From positions 11,222,001 to 11,286,000 of the forward strand of contig OU015569.1 of NCBI GenBank assembly GCA_907165135.1: a DNA stretch of 64,000 bases, given 5' to 3'. Source of the stretch: Oikopleura dioica. Its lineage: Eukaryota > Animalia > Chordata. Below, piece by piece: positions 60,140 to 64,000 of this stretch; positions within the stretch are counted from its first letter, which is position 1, and each line of letters opens with the position of its first letter. The position numbers and the translations under genes were made by a program. The notes beneath the pieces were generated by a model that searched no databases, was not told the origin of the DNA, and saw only the letters and a list, made by a program, of their open reading frames with translations.

Positions 60140-63098
60140 CTTATTAGCAGGTTCGGCTGTTGCTCAGAAGAGTGCCTCTTACGATGGCGAAATCGTCATC
60201 GAGGCAGTCATCGAAAGCAAGGAGCATTTCGACACATTGGTTGATATCAACAACAAACACTTTCTCGACTTTTGGTATCCAGACTCGCTCGCTAGAATCA
60301 AGCTCAATGATAGCTTCCAAGGAAGGGCTGAGGAAAGTTTCGCTTTTGAAAATGATTTTCAAACTGGATCAACTCGATTTTGTTCCTTTTTTTTAATTTC
60401 GTCGGTCGGCGATGGTTCGGACTCAGAACTCGCGTAGGGACAATATTTGATCAGAGGGATGAACGAAAAAAGGTCCCTCAGCCTCGATCAAAGCACGTGT
60501 CACCAAAGAAGACAAACACGATGTTCTTAGAGAGATCCACATGTCCGGAATGAACTACAGAATTATGCACTCGAATCTCGACCAAATGATTGCTGATTCG
60601 GCCGCAGAGAGTTCCAAGTAAGTTTCAAGAGAAAAATAAACGCTCGGTAAATCACGGATAACTTTTATTTGGATCGAATATTTTTTCGTTCAGTGATAAA
60701 AACTACAGAAGTAATTGTGATCGACGATTTTGACGATTTCGTTTCATTTTTAAAAGTTTAAATTCATCCCTTTCCGAAGCTCTTATATAGCCCCTCGCAG
60801 CTGGAGCTAACCAGCTGCGCCAAATCGTAATTATTCGTGTTTGGGCTGAAAAATTTCCTTGATTTTACCTTACTGATCTTGAGGAATAGAAAATAGTCTT
60901 GACCACTTATAAGGAGCGTTATCTTTTTTTGCAGATCCTCATGGTTGTACAAAAAAGTCTCATACCGACCAGATTAGTTTTGTAATAGAATGATTTGGAC
61001 ATGTGTTGAAAAATCGTGTCTTTCTGATTTTTTCGTATTTAAGAGTACAACATTCGCAAGCAATTAACCGATTCGAAGACTCACACCTCCAGTATGATTA
61101 CTTCAAATATCACAACATGGAGGATATCTACGAATGGAGCGACCAAATCGCCCAGTTGGACGGTGTCGAGAAGAAGGTGATCGGCAAGTCGTGGGAGGAT
61201 CGCGATCTCTTTGTCCTGGTCATTGACGACGTCAGTGGCATGAAGAACCCGCACAAGGTCTTTGTCGATTGTGGCATTCACGCGCGCGAGTGGGTCAGCC
61301 ACGCATTCTGCCAGTATTTGGTCGGGCAGCTCGTGGACGACACTTCCTCCAAATTCGGCTTCATGCGAAATGGCGTCGAGTGGCACATCATGCCCGTGGT
61401 CAATCCGGACGGATACGAATTCACGCACACCCACGATCGATTCTGGAGAAAGAACAGAAACCCCAATACGGATGCAAAGACGCGCGCAAGTCAGATTGAG
61501 TCGGGCGCGTACATGTCCGGCTGCGGCGAGTACCGTGGAATCGGGGTTGATTTGAACAGAAACTACGATGCGATGTGGCGTCTGGGTGACCCGATGGTTG
61601 GCGCATCGAAATGGTGCACAGACGATTCTTATCAAGGAGCATCCGCGTTTTCAGAGCCAGAGACACGGGCGCATTCAGGCAACGGGAAAGATAAGGGAAC
61701 CCGTCAAGGTGGAGTGTTCACTTCGTTTCCCTGAAAACAGAATACATCCTCTCTGTCAAGCCAGAAGCGTACTTGACCATGCACTCGTACGCTGAGGTCA
61801 TTCTCTTTCCGTACACGTACGCCATCGACGCACCTCGACCACACAACTACCTAGGCACGGTCTAGATTCTCAACCCTCGTGTCTACTGATTCCGTCTGCT
61901 CCTGATGTTGTTATTATAAATGACCCAAATTTGTTTGTAAACACATTTTGAACGGGGGCAATTATGTGAGATTTATTACAACACTTGGAGGGGGTCTAGA
62001 CCATAAGCGATGAACTCTACCGTTTGGCAGGAGAAATGACTGACAGAATATACAATCAAAACAAAGAATGGGACTATCATCCTAGCAGATGGACATACGG
62101 ACAAGGTTAGATTTATATCTTATTTTCAGGAACTGACGGCATACGATTTCTTCTCATTCTAGGAAATTTTATTGCTCACGATACTTAGCAGCTACTGTTA
62201 ATTACTTTTAGGGCGAACAATTTTTTATCCAGCTGCTGGCGGTTCAGACGATTGGGCTCACAAAAACGGCATCAACATTTCCTACACTCTCGAATTGCGT
62301 GACAAGGGCCGGTAAGTTCCATTTTTTCATGACATTTCATCAATAACAGCATTCTATCAGATTCGGATTCGTAGTACCGGACACCTACCTCGAGCGAACA
62401 ATGAAAGAAACAGCAGCGGGTGTCTCTGCCGTCTACGATCACGTGACGCGTCATGACGCAGTGAACGCAGCAGCTCAAGCCAGCGCCGGAAGTTCGGGAG
62501 GAGCTAAGGCCCCTGTTCCGACTTTCTCTAAGCCGTCGTTTGTCGCCCCGCCGACGAGATGCGGCGATCCGGCTGAAGTCTACGGCTTCAAGAATTCAAA
62601 GTCGTCAGTTAAGTACACACCTACCTTTTCCTGCAACGATAGCGGGCGATGCGAATATACGTGTCCAGCGGGATCAAGGAAGGGAAACCTCGCCGCTGTT
62701 ACCTGTAGACCAAATAAACAGTTCAAGCCGAACCCCAAAGCGCCCATGGCTAAGCCGGAGAAGTTCTGTTCATACGGTAAATTTAACTTTGGAAAAAAAT
62801 CTCAGTCAGTGTAATTTTAATTCTAGCTTTGAGCGTCGACAATGATACCGATTTCGAGAAATACTGCTCAAAGTACGGGCCATATTCGAACATATCCTCC
62901 GCATGGACAAACAGTAACTTGACGAAAAACTGCAAGCTGCTCCCCCGAGGAACCAAGATCGTCTGCAACTTCTCGTGCAGGGGACAGAGAAGTCTCGGAA
63001 ACGCAAAGACATTTGTAAAGATGACGAAGAATGGCGTCTCAGCTGGGCCGAAGAAGATAGTGGAACCTATTTGCTCGCTGGCGAAGTCTTGTAATTGA
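60140..63098 (+). CDS. M14A zinc carboxypeptidase (carboxypeptidase B-like) with propeptide and Cys-rich C-terminal extension; 5' exon not located
   Basis: [48 protein letters not shown] and TLELRD; the propeptide has LDFW. Confidence 0.9.
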
Positions 63099-63639
63099 GA
63101 ATTAACGAAGATACAATGTGTACTTCCGCAATGGATAATTCTGTGCGCTGTACAGATACAAAAATAAAGTCTTTCAACATATACAATTTTTCCGTTTATA
63201 TGCGCAGATCCATATGTCGCTATTTGGAATCGTTCTTTTCAAGTTTGGAAACTGTGCTTGCCTGGCTTTTTGCAAGCTATGAGTGTTGATAATATGGGAG
63301 GCCCAGGGAGGGGCTGAAGCTGCATTGAGTATCCTGCAAGTATTTTAAAATTTCATGCGATAAAAGGTCAATTTAAAAGGGGTTATAAAAATCAAGAATG
63401 CCTCAGTAGCATTCTAAATATTTGGTTTGTTTGATTTATACACCGTATTTTATTCAGAATACAGAAGTTTCAAATAAGAATAAACTTAAAACAGTAAAAC
63501 TCGCGAGTTTTACTGGAAGAACAGATCTTTCCCGATAGTAATAGTTAAGGAAATAATTGTTTTAATATTGCACTAAGATCACTTTTTTGGTTACAGAAAA
63601 GAAAGATGAGAAAACAAGGAAGATTCACGGATTCAGGTA

Positions 63640-64000
63640 AAAATGGATTTAGTGTTCTCTAATTTTCGACTTTTCATTTGGTCGAGCGTGCTTTCTTCAA
63701 ATTGGCGATGGAATTGGCGCATTCTGAGATGAGCTTCACCGCGTTGAGCGAAGCCTCGAGGGATGAAGTCTCTTCCAGCTGCTGGGTCGCCCAATTCAAC
63801 TGAAGACAGCGCTAGATTTTGAGCACAAAGGTAGCTTGCTTACTTTTTTGGTTACGACGGAGATCGAGTGAAGAATGCCACTGGTGATTTCGCGATAGGA
63901 CTCGCCGCCTTCACTTCTGTTGTCAGACTGATCCGTGGCGGCGTTGGAGTGGTTGTCGTCGGTCGTGTTTTCTTGGAATCACGTGATTTCGGAGGATTTT
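63640..64000 (-). CDS. Probable 3' exons of a gene continuing beyond the window
   Basis: Open frames with GT/AG-like boundaries and coding-like GC content; no domain recognised. Confidence 0.25.

Noticed and set aside
61081-61635. 184-aa antisense ORF in the carboxypeptidase
   Set aside because: Antisense shadow of a well-supported M14 exon.

Overview
Eukaryotic, gene-dense animal genomic DNA, most likely the larvacean tunicate Oikopleura dioica or a close relative. This is inferred from many 40-60 nt introns, several GA-AG introns, a solitary posterior Hox gene, TTAGGG repeats and a CPC-x4-CP-x-GC-type Cys-rich secreted family. Left to right: a four-unit tandem array of secreted Cys-rich/Kelch-like genes, each unit carrying a 3' remnant of a convergent secreted Thr/Asn/Gln-rich (SNQ-heptad) gene that is intact at 10.3-11.3 kb; a foldback/MITE-rich gene-poor stretch; a Hox10-like Abd-B class gene; a MARF1/limkain-b1 NYN-RRM-LOTUS gene; a minimal ITIH-C-terminal (GDPH) secreted protein; an astacin-LDLa-EGF protease; a divergent Argonaute lacking all four slicer residues; tRNA-Asp; FAM20B; two tandem RING genes; a claudin whose long intron holds three nested DNA transposon derivatives; a Tctex-type dynein light chain; and a CPB-like carboxypeptidase. 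Exon structures were assembled by eye. The most interesting items are the slicer-dead Argonaute near an intact NYN nuclease, the GDPH protein whose heavy chain is replaced by a ~26-aa Asn/Tyr peptide, telomere-repeat-capped foldback elements, and repeated duplications that carry a neighbouring gene's 3' end.
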